From the NCBI GenBank assembly GCA_023135905.1, contig JAGLSE010000047.1, positions 1 to 50,286 of the forward strand: a stretch of DNA of 50,286 bases. Reading direction: 5' to 3'. The notes beneath the pieces were generated by a model, which saw nothing but the letters and a program-made list of their open reading frames with translations, did not search any database and was not told the origin of the DNA. Source of the stretch: Candidatus Omnitrophota bacterium. GTDB taxonomy: Bacteria > Omnitrophota > Gorgyraeia > Duberdicusellales > 4484-171. Made by a program: the position numbers and the translations under genes. Below are positions 37,743 through 46,987 of this stretch, in pieces (positions within the stretch are counted from its first letter, which is position 1; each line of letters starts with the position of its first letter).

Positions 37743-39158
37743 CTATAAAGACATTATCGAATATGCTCCTTTCAAATTTCCTATAAATTCCGTAAAAGTC
37801 CTCATAGCTAATAACCTTTTAAAAATATATCCCGGGCGCAAATAAAATTCTTTATATGCCCTATTAAGAAGTTTTTCATACTCTGTATCGCTAAAATCTT
37901 CGGGTATATACAAAAAATCATTATGATTATTTATATATCCTCCATTATTAAAATCAATATGATATCCTTTAGAAACTAAATTTTTATAAATAATTGTTCC
38001 GGGATAAGGAACAAACTTATTGAAATGCGCAAAATCTAAAGGAAGACTTTTAGCAAACTCAATAGTTTTCTTAAAACTATGTTTGGTCTCCCAAGGACTA
38101 CCCACCAAAAAATCACCACGTATACTCATACCGGCTTTTTTAGCCCACCAAACAGCTTTCTTGTTTTGATCTACAGTATTTCTTTTACCTAGACATTTTA
38201 AAATATCATCGTCTCCTGATTCTAAACCAAATAACACCTGCCAACACCCGGATTTCCTCATTATTTTAAGCATATCAAAATTAACTGCTGTAACTTTTGT
38301 AAGACAAGTCCATGGAATCGAAGGATATATCCTTTTCATTTCATAGCACAATTCTTCCACATGTTTAGAATCAATAGTCAAACTATCATCAAAAAAACGG
38401 ACTTCCTTCGCACCATATTTATCAACAACTTCTTTTACCTCTAACATTATATTAGAAACACTCCTTTTCCTCAACTTTTCACCGAATACCGATCTATCAC
38501 AAAAAACGCAATAACTAGGACAACCTCTGGAAGTCATAATAACTGCTAAAGGTAATTTTCTATAGGAAGCAGGAGTAGGACTGTAATCTTTCAAGGCCGG
38601 CAACAAATGTCGTGCTGGCAAAGGTAACGAGTCTAAATTTTCAATCCTTGGACGAGGCTGATTAATTATAATTTTATTTTTTATTTTAAAAGCTACCCCT
38701 TTAATATTTTCTAATAATACTTTGCATTTGCCATCTATAAACGATATAAGTTCTGAAAATGTTTCTTCTCCTTCACCTAATATTAAATAATCAAATACTT
38801 CCGTTTCTAATGCATTCTTAGGATCAGCAGTGGGATGCGGACCTCCGCAGATAAAAATTGCCTTAGGTAAAATCTTTCGTAAAAAAACTGTAGATTCTAT
38901 AGCATTTAAAAATCCGGGAGTCGTAGCTGTAATTCCTATTAATTCCGGATTAAAATTAATAATTTCTATTACTAAACTTTTTAACTCTAAACCTAAAAAA
39001 CAATCAATTATTTTAACTTTATGACCTTTTTTTTCAGCTATAGCCGCTATATAGGCTAACCCTAGAGGAGGAATTATATTAAGAGATCCTTTAAAATTTT
39101 CTTTATCGCCGCCAATTTCTTTATAACCAAAAGGCGGATTTATAAAAAGCATATTCAT
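37743..39158 (-). CDS. B12-binding-domain radical SAM protein (closest paralog of 3503..4927)
   Basis: 471 aa. Motifs are PPLGLAYIAAIAEKKGHKVKIID, ICGGPHPTADP, LILGEGEETFSEL, TSRGCPSYCVFCDR and FGLESGD. Confidence 0.85.
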   Translation of the reverse strand: MNMLFINPPFGYKEIGGDKENFKGSLNIIPPLGLAYIAAIAEKKGHKVKIIDCFLGLELKSLVIEIINFNPELIGITATTPGFLNAIESTVFLRKILPKAIFICGGPHPTADPKNALETEVFDYLILGEGEETFSELISFIDGKCKVLLENIKGVAFKIKNKIIINQPRPRIENLDSLPLPARHLLPALKDYSPTPASYRKLPLAVIMTSRGCPSYCVFCDRSVFGEKLRKRSVSNIMLEVKEVVDKYGAKEVRFFDDSLTIDSKHVEELCYEMKRIYPSIPWTCLTKVTAVNFDMLKIMRKSGCWQVLFGLESGDDDILKCLGKRNTVDQNKKAVWWAKKAGMSIRGDFLVGSPWETKHSFKKTIEFAKSLPLDFAHFNKFVPYPGTIIYKNLVSKGYHIDFNNGGYINNHNDFLYIPEDFSDTEYEKLLNRAYKEFYLRPGYIFKRLLAMRTFTEFIGNLKGAYSIMSL

Positions 39159-40348
39159 AAAATTTTTTTAATGACTCTCGCCATCATATATATATGTTTT
39201 ATAGAAATACCTTCATGCAATGGCAGTTGGATAGCACTTTTAAAAACTTTTTTTGTATTAGGACAATCATCCCATCCTAAAAGATCTCCACAATCATCAG
39301 TTATCTCCGCTTCTATGCCCGCATCTATACCATATCTAAGCAACCTTTTTCGTAGTCTCCAAATATTATTTTTTGACACCAAACCCACAAAAAAATAGTA
39401 ATTCGGAAACACATCTTTACCTATTTCTTGAGACATCAATATCCCTTTTAACAACTGTTTAAATAAACCAGCTTTTTCTTGTCTTATGGCAATCCTTTCA
39501 TCTAATGTTTTTATTTTCTTTAACCCAATAGATGCTTGAAAATCTGTATATGAAGTCATGAAAGAAGGAGGCCGTTGTATCAATCTATAAAGATTACTTA
39601 TCTTTTTATTAGACCATTCGCAAGAAAGAAGACTTAAGATTGGCAACGATATTGAGGTAGAAGAAATAAAACGTTCAAGAAAAGCAACAAAAATCTTTTC
39701 TTTTGGTAAAAACGACCTATATTTATATTCCCCGGAATATTTTCGAACTCGTAAAAATAAATCTTCATTATTTGTAACGACCATCCCACCGCCATAAGTA
39801 TTAATCGGTTTCATTGATTCAAAACTATAGAATGCCGCATCTCCAAATGAACCTGTAATCTTATCCTTAAATCTTGACCCAGCCGAATGTGCACAATCTT
39901 CTATAACATAAATCGACTTATTCTTAGCAATTTTCAAGATTTCATCAATATCACAAGGAGTTCCAAACATATGCGTTGCTAAAATCAATTTTGTTTTTTT
40001 TGTAATCCTTTTTACCACTGAATCAGGATCTATGTTAAAAGTATTTGGATTTATATCCGCAGGAATTGGAACTAACCGCATAGTTCGAATAACGCTTATT
40101 AAATCTTTTAAAGTATAAGCGGGAATGATAATCTCATCTCCGGGTTCTAAATGGAACGATTTAAGAATATTCTCCATCCCCCCCCTTCCTGAATTAACTG
40201 CAACAGCATATTTGACCCCTAAATATCTTGCAAATTCTCTTTCCCATTCATCTATATACTGTAAAAAACGGTTACTGTCACCTAATAAGCTCTTAAGAAC
40301 AAGCTTCCATTCATCCTCTAATACATGGGCTTTTCGTCTAGTTAACAT
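39155..40348 (-). CDS. DegT/DnrJ/EryC1/StrS-family PLP-dependent sugar aminotransferase
   Basis: 397 aa. Motifs are FARYLGVKYAVAVNSGRGGME, IIPAYT, IEDCAHSAGS and FYSFESMKPINTYGGG (Schiff-base Lys context). It overlaps the downstream gene start by 4 nt. Confidence 0.8.
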   Translation of the reverse strand: MLTRRKAHVLEDEWKLVLKSLLGDSNRFLQYIDEWEREFARYLGVKYAVAVNSGRGGMENILKSFHLEPGDEIIIPAYTLKDLISVIRTMRLVPIPADINPNTFNIDPDSVVKRITKKTKLILATHMFGTPCDIDEILKIAKNKSIYVIEDCAHSAGSRFKDKITGSFGDAAFYSFESMKPINTYGGGMVVTNNEDLFLRVRKYSGEYKYRSFLPKEKIFVAFLERFISSTSISLPILSLLSCEWSNKKISNLYRLIQRPPSFMTSYTDFQASIGLKKIKTLDERIAIRQEKAGLFKQLLKGILMSQEIGKDVFPNYYFFVGLVSKNNIWRLRKRLLRYGIDAGIEAEITDDCGDLLGWDDCPNTKKVFKSAIQLPLHEGISIKHIYMMARVIKKIL

Positions 40349-40349
40349 C

Positions 40350-41222
40350 TTAATTCTTACTCTTTATATCTTTAATTTCCACGGAGGTATGTCCATAAAT
40401 CTGAAACCTATTTGTCTTTACTTTTATATCACAAGGATTACAATCACCAAAGCTAGAGCAATCTCTAAAAACATCCTTTATTTCAAAACAAGGATCTAGT
40501 AAATTACCTATAGAAGATACTCTATCATACAAATCATGATGACATTTGAAAATACTGGCATCAGGGCCTATAATAAGTTCAGAATTTCGGCATCGGCATT
40601 TTTTTTTGTTATTTCCACTAACTGCTTCAGGATAAAAGTATTCTCCATACAGCTTACCGCCAAACTTACCTAAAAATTCTTTCTCTCTAAAGTCAATACC
40701 TAATTCAGAACACTTATCCTTTGCATCTGCTATTTCGGATTTTAAATTAGGGTGCCTAACACCATAGATACCTATAGAAAATCCTGCCGCCTGCATTTTT
40801 AATACTTTTATCATAAGCTTATCTAATTCCATGAAATGAGGATGATAGCTTACCCTTATGGAAGGATAAGGTGCCTCTCTATATAATCTAGATGGATCAA
40901 CTTCTTTTATAAACCTATTGATATCAAAAGATAAATTAGTAAGTATATCAATATTTACTTCTTTTTTTATATTTTTGATTATCCATATAAAATCCGGATG
41001 CAAGCTAGGTTCTCCTCCTTGTAAAGTTATAGGCAAATCTGTTCGAGAAACCAAACGATTTAACGCGGAAACCCACTTTTTGCCGCTAAAAGGAAAACTT
41101 TTATGCTTCTTAATTCCATGATGACTATTTATACAGTAATCACATTTAAAATTACAGTCTAATGTCAAAAAACAGGCAATATAATTATATCTACCCGGAA
41201 TATATATTGTTTTTTCCTTCAT
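40350..41222 (-). CDS. Small radical SAM protein with C-terminal Cys-rich region
   Basis: 290 aa. Motifs are CFLTLDCNFKCDYCINS and LQGGEPSLHPD. The C-terminal part is CRCRNSELIIGPDASIFKCHH...CSSFGDCNPC. Confidence 0.75.
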   Translation of the reverse strand: MKEKTIYIPGRYNYIACFLTLDCNFKCDYCINSHHGIKKHKSFPFSGKKWVSALNRLVSRTDLPITLQGGEPSLHPDFIWIIKNIKKEVNIDILTNLSFDINRFIKEVDPSRLYREAPYPSIRVSYHPHFMELDKLMIKVLKMQAAGFSIGIYGVRHPNLKSEIADAKDKCSELGIDFREKEFLGKFGGKLYGEYFYPEAVSGNNKKKCRCRNSELIIGPDASIFKCHHDLYDRVSSIGNLLDPCFEIKDVFRDCSSFGDCNPCDIKVKTNRFQIYGHTSVEIKDIKSKN

Positions 41223-41275
41223 AATTAATTTAACAGTTAGCTAACAAAAAAATTTAAAGACATTTTATTTCCTTA

Positions 41276-42727
41276 TCACCCTTTTCGCCTTTCATGCCGA
41301 AACCAATCTTGCTTTAAACTTTTAATAAAAATTTTTAAAGAAACCCAGAAACTTGCCTTAGTAACATATATTTTTTTTCGGAAAACCCTCATCTTAATAA
41401 AATAATATATTAAAGTAAACAAAAAATTATGCGGGAGATAAATAAGAAATCGTAAAATCAAATTCCTTAAAAAGGGAAAGACTACAGCTACAGCCCCCAA
41501 AGAAGAAAGATTCATCTGAATATTCTTTTCCTTTTCGGTAAAACAATTTAAAGGAGATCTATATTGGTACGAAGTATGCAAATCTTCAAAATTATCTTTA
41601 TAATAGCCCTTTTCAATGGTTAATTCTCCAAGTTCAGTTTTAGGATAAGGATGAAAAATGGGAAATTCTGCCCAATCAACCTTTGACGTAATAGCTAAAT
41701 CTACCGATTCAATGTCATTCCTAACATTGGTTTCCGGCAAACCAATAATACAATTAGTAAAAGTATAAATTTTATATTTATCACAAAGCATATGAACCTC
41801 AATAATCTGTTTATTTGTCATCCTACGTTTAAGCATATTTTCTCTAATTTTTGAATTTCCTGCCTCTATAGACATACTAATTGTCCGGCAGCCGGCAAAT
41901 TTCAGCAATTTCACCATATCCTCAGTAAGTAAATCCGCCCGCGTTAAAATAAAAAAAGGGAGATTTATATGTTTTTTGTATTTTTTAGAAAATTCTTCCA
42001 GCCACTCATCTGCCTTGTAAGTAAAAATATCATCGTAAAATTTAACAAAACTTAAAGGCCATCTATTTTTTACATATTTAATTTCATCAATAACATAATT
42101 TACACTATTGCGCCGAACCGCTTTCCCTTTATTACGGTAAATCTCTCGCCAGGCACTATTAAAACAATAAGTACATTTGTAGGGACACCCCCTTGAGGTA
42201 ATAATGCTTTTTAAAGGATAATTTCCTAAAGGAGTATTATCATAAATTAAAGAAAAATCCGGAAAAGGCAAAGTATCTAAATCTTCTACTAAATTACGGA
42301 CCGCCAATTTATCTCTGTTATTTCTAGTAACAATATTGGGTATGCCATCTACAGATTTTTGGACTGCAAGCATCTTTAAGGTATCAACGAAAGCATATTC
42401 CCCTTCGCCTCGGCATATTGCATCTAAATCGCTATTATAGATTAAATCTGGATAAAATGTAGGATGCGGGCCGCCCATAATCGTAAATACCTCTGGAAAT
42501 TTTTTTTTAATTATTTGATTCAATCTAATATAATGTTTAGCTTCACCTGTAGAAGAGCTATAGGCAACAACATCCGGCCTTAAATCGGAAATACATTTTA
42601 GTGGATTTTGAGAATTCATCTCGCATAAATAAGTACTATAACCTTCTTTTTTGGCAACTGAGGAAATAAAACATAATCCTATCGGTACCAAAAAATTCTC
42701 ACTTTTAAAAATAAATAGAACCTTCAT
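41276..42727 (-). CDS. B12-binding-domain radical SAM protein (subtype shared with 29538..31007)
   Basis: 483 aa. Motifs are PDVVAYSSST, IMGGPHPTFYPD, ICRGEGEYAFVD and TSRGCPYKCTYCFN. Confidence 0.85.
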   Translation of the reverse strand: MKVLFIFKSENFLVPIGLCFISSVAKKEGYSTYLCEMNSQNPLKCISDLRPDVVAYSSSTGEAKHYIRLNQIIKKKFPEVFTIMGGPHPTFYPDLIYNSDLDAICRGEGEYAFVDTLKMLAVQKSVDGIPNIVTRNNRDKLAVRNLVEDLDTLPFPDFSLIYDNTPLGNYPLKSIITSRGCPYKCTYCFNSAWREIYRNKGKAVRRNSVNYVIDEIKYVKNRWPLSFVKFYDDIFTYKADEWLEEFSKKYKKHINLPFFILTRADLLTEDMVKLLKFAGCRTISMSIEAGNSKIRENMLKRRMTNKQIIEVHMLCDKYKIYTFTNCIIGLPETNVRNDIESVDLAITSKVDWAEFPIFHPYPKTELGELTIEKGYYKDNFEDLHTSYQYRSPLNCFTEKEKNIQMNLSSLGAVAVVFPFLRNLILRFLIYLPHNFLFTLIYYFIKMRVFRKKIYVTKASFWVSLKIFIKSLKQDWFRHERRKG

Positions 42728-43189
42728 CTTCGTTTCTTTAGAATTTATTATAAATTAAAGGTATTTTACCCGCTTAAAAATATTCTTCGATATCTATGTA
42801 CTAAACTAAAATTATTTCAGTTTAAATCTTCTATAAAACTTTTCTTCTAAAACCCCTTCTCCCAAATCACTTTAATATATTAACCACGTTTTCTATATGT
42901 TCATATTCCCCGTATGATTTACTTAAACAGCCGTAGAAACATTTTAAACTAAAAATACCTTCACTCCAACTTTTTTATAACTTTATCACAAACTTCATCG
43001 ACACTTATTGGCTGTATGCATTTGTTATTTTTATATTCTGAATCTTTTCTCGATAAACCAGCATAAGCTTAAATACCAAGGCAAATAATATGAATATAGT
43101 TAGATAAAAAAAAATTTGAAATCAAATTGAAAAATATTATAAAAAGGCGAAAATCTTCCTAATCTATTCTAAATCAATAAATATGGCTT

Positions 43190-44890
43190 CTATACTACTA
43201 ATTTCTTATAAATTCTTTTTTCTATAGTGCCTATTCCTATTCCCACAATTATATAATAAAAATAGACACCTATTAAATAGTATCTTTCCCAATCACAATG
43301 TTGAAATATTATTTGCAACAAACAAATCCATAAAAACAAACTACCAAGAATCATACTATTCTTACATTCTTTATTCTTTTTTATAAAGTTAGACCTTCTA
43401 AGAGCATCTCTCATTCCCAACAAAAACATAATATTTATGCCAATTAATAACAAATAATTAATTTTAAGAACAGTGCCTGTTTGTACCCAGCTCCTTCTTC
43501 GAGACAAAGTAAAATCTAAATTTCTAAATTCATCAGCACTAGAATCACAAAGATTAAAAGTTTTATTTTTCCCGCAATTGGATACTTTTTGTTTCTGATT
43601 AACCCAACCGCGTAATGGACGGACAAACAAAACAGTATGAGAGACACAAGGATCAATCAAAGTTGCCTTATGTGGACGTTCCCAATCATAATAAAAAAAC
43701 AAAAATAAATAAAAAATGACAAAAACACAAAACGCTGATATCGAAACTACTAAAGACTTCTTAGTCCTAACCTTATTATTGCACTTAAAACATTTGACCA
43801 TATTGACTGCAAATAAAATAATTATTCCGAAAAAAAACAAATAAGTGGCGCCATCCGAATTAATTATAGATACCGCCCAATACATTATTCTATGTGGAAT
43901 TATTACAAATTTATCTATAAAAAATAACCCTCCCTCACAAAATGCTAATTTTTGAGCCCCAATATAAGACAATTCACTCATTACTATTTTTATCCATCCG
44001 GTTAAAGGATATATATGAAAAAGAGGATGAAACAAATATGACATAATACTAATAACTAAAGGAAAAATTACTACCATTATTAATAACAATTTTATTTTAA
44101 CCGTTAAACCAATACTTTTTTTAAAAACCACCAGTAATATTAAAAAAAATAAAAAATACCCAATGAAAATGATTGCTGTAAGCTTAATCAGTAATGCTAA
44201 ACTTATAAATACAGCCGATAAAACCAAAAAATAAAAAAAACTTTTCCGATTATGACAAAACCTAGAATAAAATTTCAAAAAAAACAAAACCGCACAAGCA
44301 GAGAATAAAACTAAATAGATTTCAGGACAACTAATAAAAGAATATACTTTAAACAAATCACTACAAAACAACAATAAAGAAGCAATCAAAGCACCTGCAT
44401 ATATTTTAAGATGACATAAAATCAACCACAATACAATGCAGCTTAATGTCGATGTTATCATAGATGAGTACCTGCTAAAATTTAATAATTCCCGAGGGAT
44501 CTCAGCCCCCATTTCTTGATTTTCTTTATAACTTGCCTGATAATCCCAAAAAGGTTTTTCTGCTAGGGCTAAAAATTCTTTCTTATATTTTAAATACATT
44601 ACAGCTCCCAGGATATATTCCATAATCACTGGTGTATCCATTTCCATTTCCTTAGAAATAAAAAGCTCCTCACCAATTTCTCTGAAACTTTTATTTTCTA
44701 TAATCTTTAATTTAACAATTTTAGCAGAATATTTCAAATGAACATCTTCATCACCTAGTTGAGGATATGTGTGTATGCTCTTCACAAGTATCAGAGAAGA
44801 AAACAAACAAATTATAAATATAGATATTATTCCATATAAATACTTCAATTTATCTGAATTTTTACTAAAGATACTCATCACATTATCCAT
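43190..44890 (-). CDS. Polytopic membrane protein, possible GT-C-type glycosyltransferase (paralog of 20298..21944)
   Basis: 566 aa with many TM segments. The loop after TM1 is HTYPQLGDEDVHLKYS. The block EIGEELFISKEMEMDTPVIMEYILGAVMYLKYKKEFLALAEKPFWD and the C-terminal QHCDWERYYLIGVYFYYIIVGIGIG both align with the 20298 protein. Confidence 0.5.
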   Translation of the reverse strand: MDNVMSIFSKNSDKLKYLYGIISIFIICLFSSLILVKSIHTYPQLGDEDVHLKYSAKIVKLKIIENKSFREIGEELFISKEMEMDTPVIMEYILGAVMYLKYKKEFLALAEKPFWDYQASYKENQEMGAEIPRELLNFSRYSSMITSTLSCIVLWLILCHLKIYAGALIASLLLFCSDLFKVYSFISCPEIYLVLFSACAVLFFLKFYSRFCHNRKSFFYFLVLSAVFISLALLIKLTAIIFIGYFLFFLILLVVFKKSIGLTVKIKLLLIMVVIFPLVISIMSYLFHPLFHIYPLTGWIKIVMSELSYIGAQKLAFCEGGLFFIDKFVIIPHRIMYWAVSIINSDGATYLFFFGIIILFAVNMVKCFKCNNKVRTKKSLVVSISAFCVFVIFYLFLFFYYDWERPHKATLIDPCVSHTVLFVRPLRGWVNQKQKVSNCGKNKTFNLCDSSADEFRNLDFTLSRRRSWVQTGTVLKINYLLLIGINIMFLLGMRDALRRSNFIKKNKECKNSMILGSLFLWICLLQIIFQHCDWERYYLIGVYFYYIIVGIGIGTIEKRIYKKLVV

Positions 44891-44931
44891 ATAAAAACTA
44901 TACTTAATAATTTAAACAATTTTCTCTCACT

Positions 44932-46449
44932 TTAATTATCCCTTGTTTCATAAAGACATACTATTGCTCCATCGAATCTCTTATATGAAATATTCTTATA
45001 TTTTTCATTCATAAATTTAACGGTCTTAAACTCCAACGATCCGGCACCAATATTATCAAAATCCCAAATAGAAAAAATCAACCAAATCCTTTTAGGAATA
45101 TCATTTAAAAGTGACTCGGAGACGTCCTTAAATCGGCCGAATAAATTTATTTCATATAATTTCAGTCTATCCCCATCTACAAAAGATAAATATGCTCCCT
45201 TATTATTATCAGTTTCAACAACATTCCTAACTTTATTAAAATAATAAATGAAAGGGAAAATTGTGTTACGACAAGTATGATAAACTGCATCTTCCTTCTT
45301 GATACCATTAGAAATGTGCTCGGCTATTCCTTTATGGTCCTTTTTTCTTTGGACCCATAATCTCTCCTCCAATAAATACGGCAACTTATTCTTATAACAA
45401 TTATTTAATGAAAACAATGACGTGACTAATATTATTAAACAGATAGGCAAACTTATCTTTTTATTTATACTAACTAATCCAGATGCCACAATATAGTAAT
45501 AAAACACAGAGCCGGCAATGAAATATCTGTCAACATAAATAGAATTGCTTTTTGATATTACAAAAAAACTTAAAATCGGGACAAAAAGGCAAATCAAACA
45601 TAAAAAAATACTTTTTTTTTGTTTTCCTGATAAGATACCTATTAAAAATAAAAAAATAAAAATAATTGTAACTGGGACATAAACTATTTTTGAAATACTG
45701 TAGCCTACAGAAAAATTTTTAAAAGTCATAAATATTGAATTAATTGTGGGTATTGGCGCCCAAAAGTTATAATAAAAATAATCCGAAGGAGAATCTAAGA
45801 ATTTTTTTGCCCAATTTAATGAATAAATTATCCCAGGCAAAAATAATAACAAAATTATTAAATTACTTATATACCATTTCTTTTTAAATTGTTTTTTATA
45901 ATTTTTGTGTATTACAATCAAAAAAACTATTTGAGATATCCATAAGAATAGTCCCACATGGTGACAATATATATTCAATAGATTACAAATTATATATCCT
46001 GCAAAAAACAAATTTCTCTTACAACTCAGAGATTTTATTAAAAAGTAAACGGAAAACAAAGAAAGTAATGTCATTAAAGAGTACATCCTCGCCTCTTGAG
46101 AATAATAGACATGAAGAGGGGATATTGACAACAAAAAAACGCTCACAAAAGCAACTTTTTCATTAAATAAAGACCTTCCTAATAAATAAGCCACAAATAT
46201 CGAAGCTAAACCAAATAAAACAGAAGGTAATCTTAACCCAAAAACACTATTCGTTAAACGCTGCCAAAAATGAATAAATAGAATATATAAAGGAGCTGTA
46301 CTATCTTTCTCTACAACAATTTCATTTGGTATTTCAGCCTGTAATACACTATAAGCTTCATCGTACCATAAACTATATTTATCTAAATTGTAGAACCTAA
46401 GAGCAGCTCCTGCCAATAAAATCAAAAAAATTAATAGTATTCTTTTCAT
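44932..46449 (-). CDS. Family-39/83-type GT-C glycosyltransferase (ArnT/PMT_2-like)
   Basis: 505 aa. The N-terminus ILLAGAALRFYNLDKYSLWYDEAYSV is the classic PMT_2 start with the DE motif. About 11 TM segments are followed by a soluble C-terminal domain. Confidence 0.8.
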   Translation of the reverse strand: MKRILLIFLILLAGAALRFYNLDKYSLWYDEAYSVLQAEIPNEIVVEKDSTAPLYILFIHFWQRLTNSVFGLRLPSVLFGLASIFVAYLLGRSLFNEKVAFVSVFLLSISPLHVYYSQEARMYSLMTLLSLFSVYFLIKSLSCKRNLFFAGYIICNLLNIYCHHVGLFLWISQIVFLIVIHKNYKKQFKKKWYISNLIILLLFLPGIIYSLNWAKKFLDSPSDYFYYNFWAPIPTINSIFMTFKNFSVGYSISKIVYVPVTIIFIFLFLIGILSGKQKKSIFLCLICLFVPILSFFVISKSNSIYVDRYFIAGSVFYYYIVASGLVSINKKISLPICLIILVTSLFSLNNCYKNKLPYLLEERLWVQRKKDHKGIAEHISNGIKKEDAVYHTCRNTIFPFIYYFNKVRNVVETDNNKGAYLSFVDGDRLKLYEINLFGRFKDVSESLLNDIPKRIWLIFSIWDFDNIGAGSLEFKTVKFMNEKYKNISYKRFDGAIVCLYETRDN

Positions 46450-46452
46450 TAT

Positions 46453-46980
46453 TCACCTAAACCGAGGTATAATCATAGGGATAGATTTTTTATATTTAAT
46501 ATATTCTATACCCCATATTTTCTCTAACAACTTTTCTTCTCTCAATACTTTTTCCATAAGTGATCCTATCAATAATATAGGAACAATAATAAACACAAAA
46601 GAATAAGATTGGAATAAAAAGCCCAAACTTATTACACCAAAAAGCTTGCCTATAATGGAGGGATGTCTCACTATAGAATAAGGGCCTGTCTTAACTAATT
46701 GTTTTGTTTTACCAAAATAAGGAGAAAAACTACCCTTCCCTTCTATTGCCAGATAACTATACGCCCACAACACAATACCTAACCCTAGTAAAAAAAACAA
46801 AATAAATAATATCAAATTATAAGGTTTTGGAATTAACTTAGGTAATCCTAAAAAATCATCTAACTTTATTCCAATAAAAACAAAAAATGCTGTGAAAGGA
46901 ATTAGAACACATCCATAACAAACTAAAAATGCACAATAAATATCTTTTCTTAAAATTACAGAAATTATTCTTTTCATCAT
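46453..46980 (-). CDS. ICMT/PEMT-family integral membrane methyltransferase
   Basis: 175 aa with 4-5 TM segments. It carries GPYSIVRHPSIIGKLFG...REEKLLEKIWGIEYIKYKKSIPMIIP, the isoprenylcysteine carboxyl methyltransferase family signature region. Confidence 0.7.
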   Translation of the reverse strand: MMKRIISVILRKDIYCAFLVCYGCVLIPFTAFFVFIGIKLDDFLGLPKLIPKPYNLILFILFFLLGLGIVLWAYSYLAIEGKGSFSPYFGKTKQLVKTGPYSIVRHPSIIGKLFGVISLGFLFQSYSFVFIIVPILLIGSLMEKVLREEKLLEKIWGIEYIKYKKSIPMIIPRFR

Positions 46981-46987
46981 ACTATTT

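Noticed and set aside
42728-43189. Possible gene remnant in the 462-bp gap. Minus-strand fragments are ...ISVDEVCDKVIKKLE* and GIFSLKCFYGCLSKSYGEYEHIENVVNILK*. A small imperfect palindrome, ATTTGA-AA-TCAAAT, lies near 43112-43126.
   Set aside because: The fragments are short and interrupted, and I cannot assign them to any family by eye. The 6-bp inverted repeat is too short to be meaningful in AT-rich DNA. The gap probably holds an internal promoter but I cannot pinpoint it.
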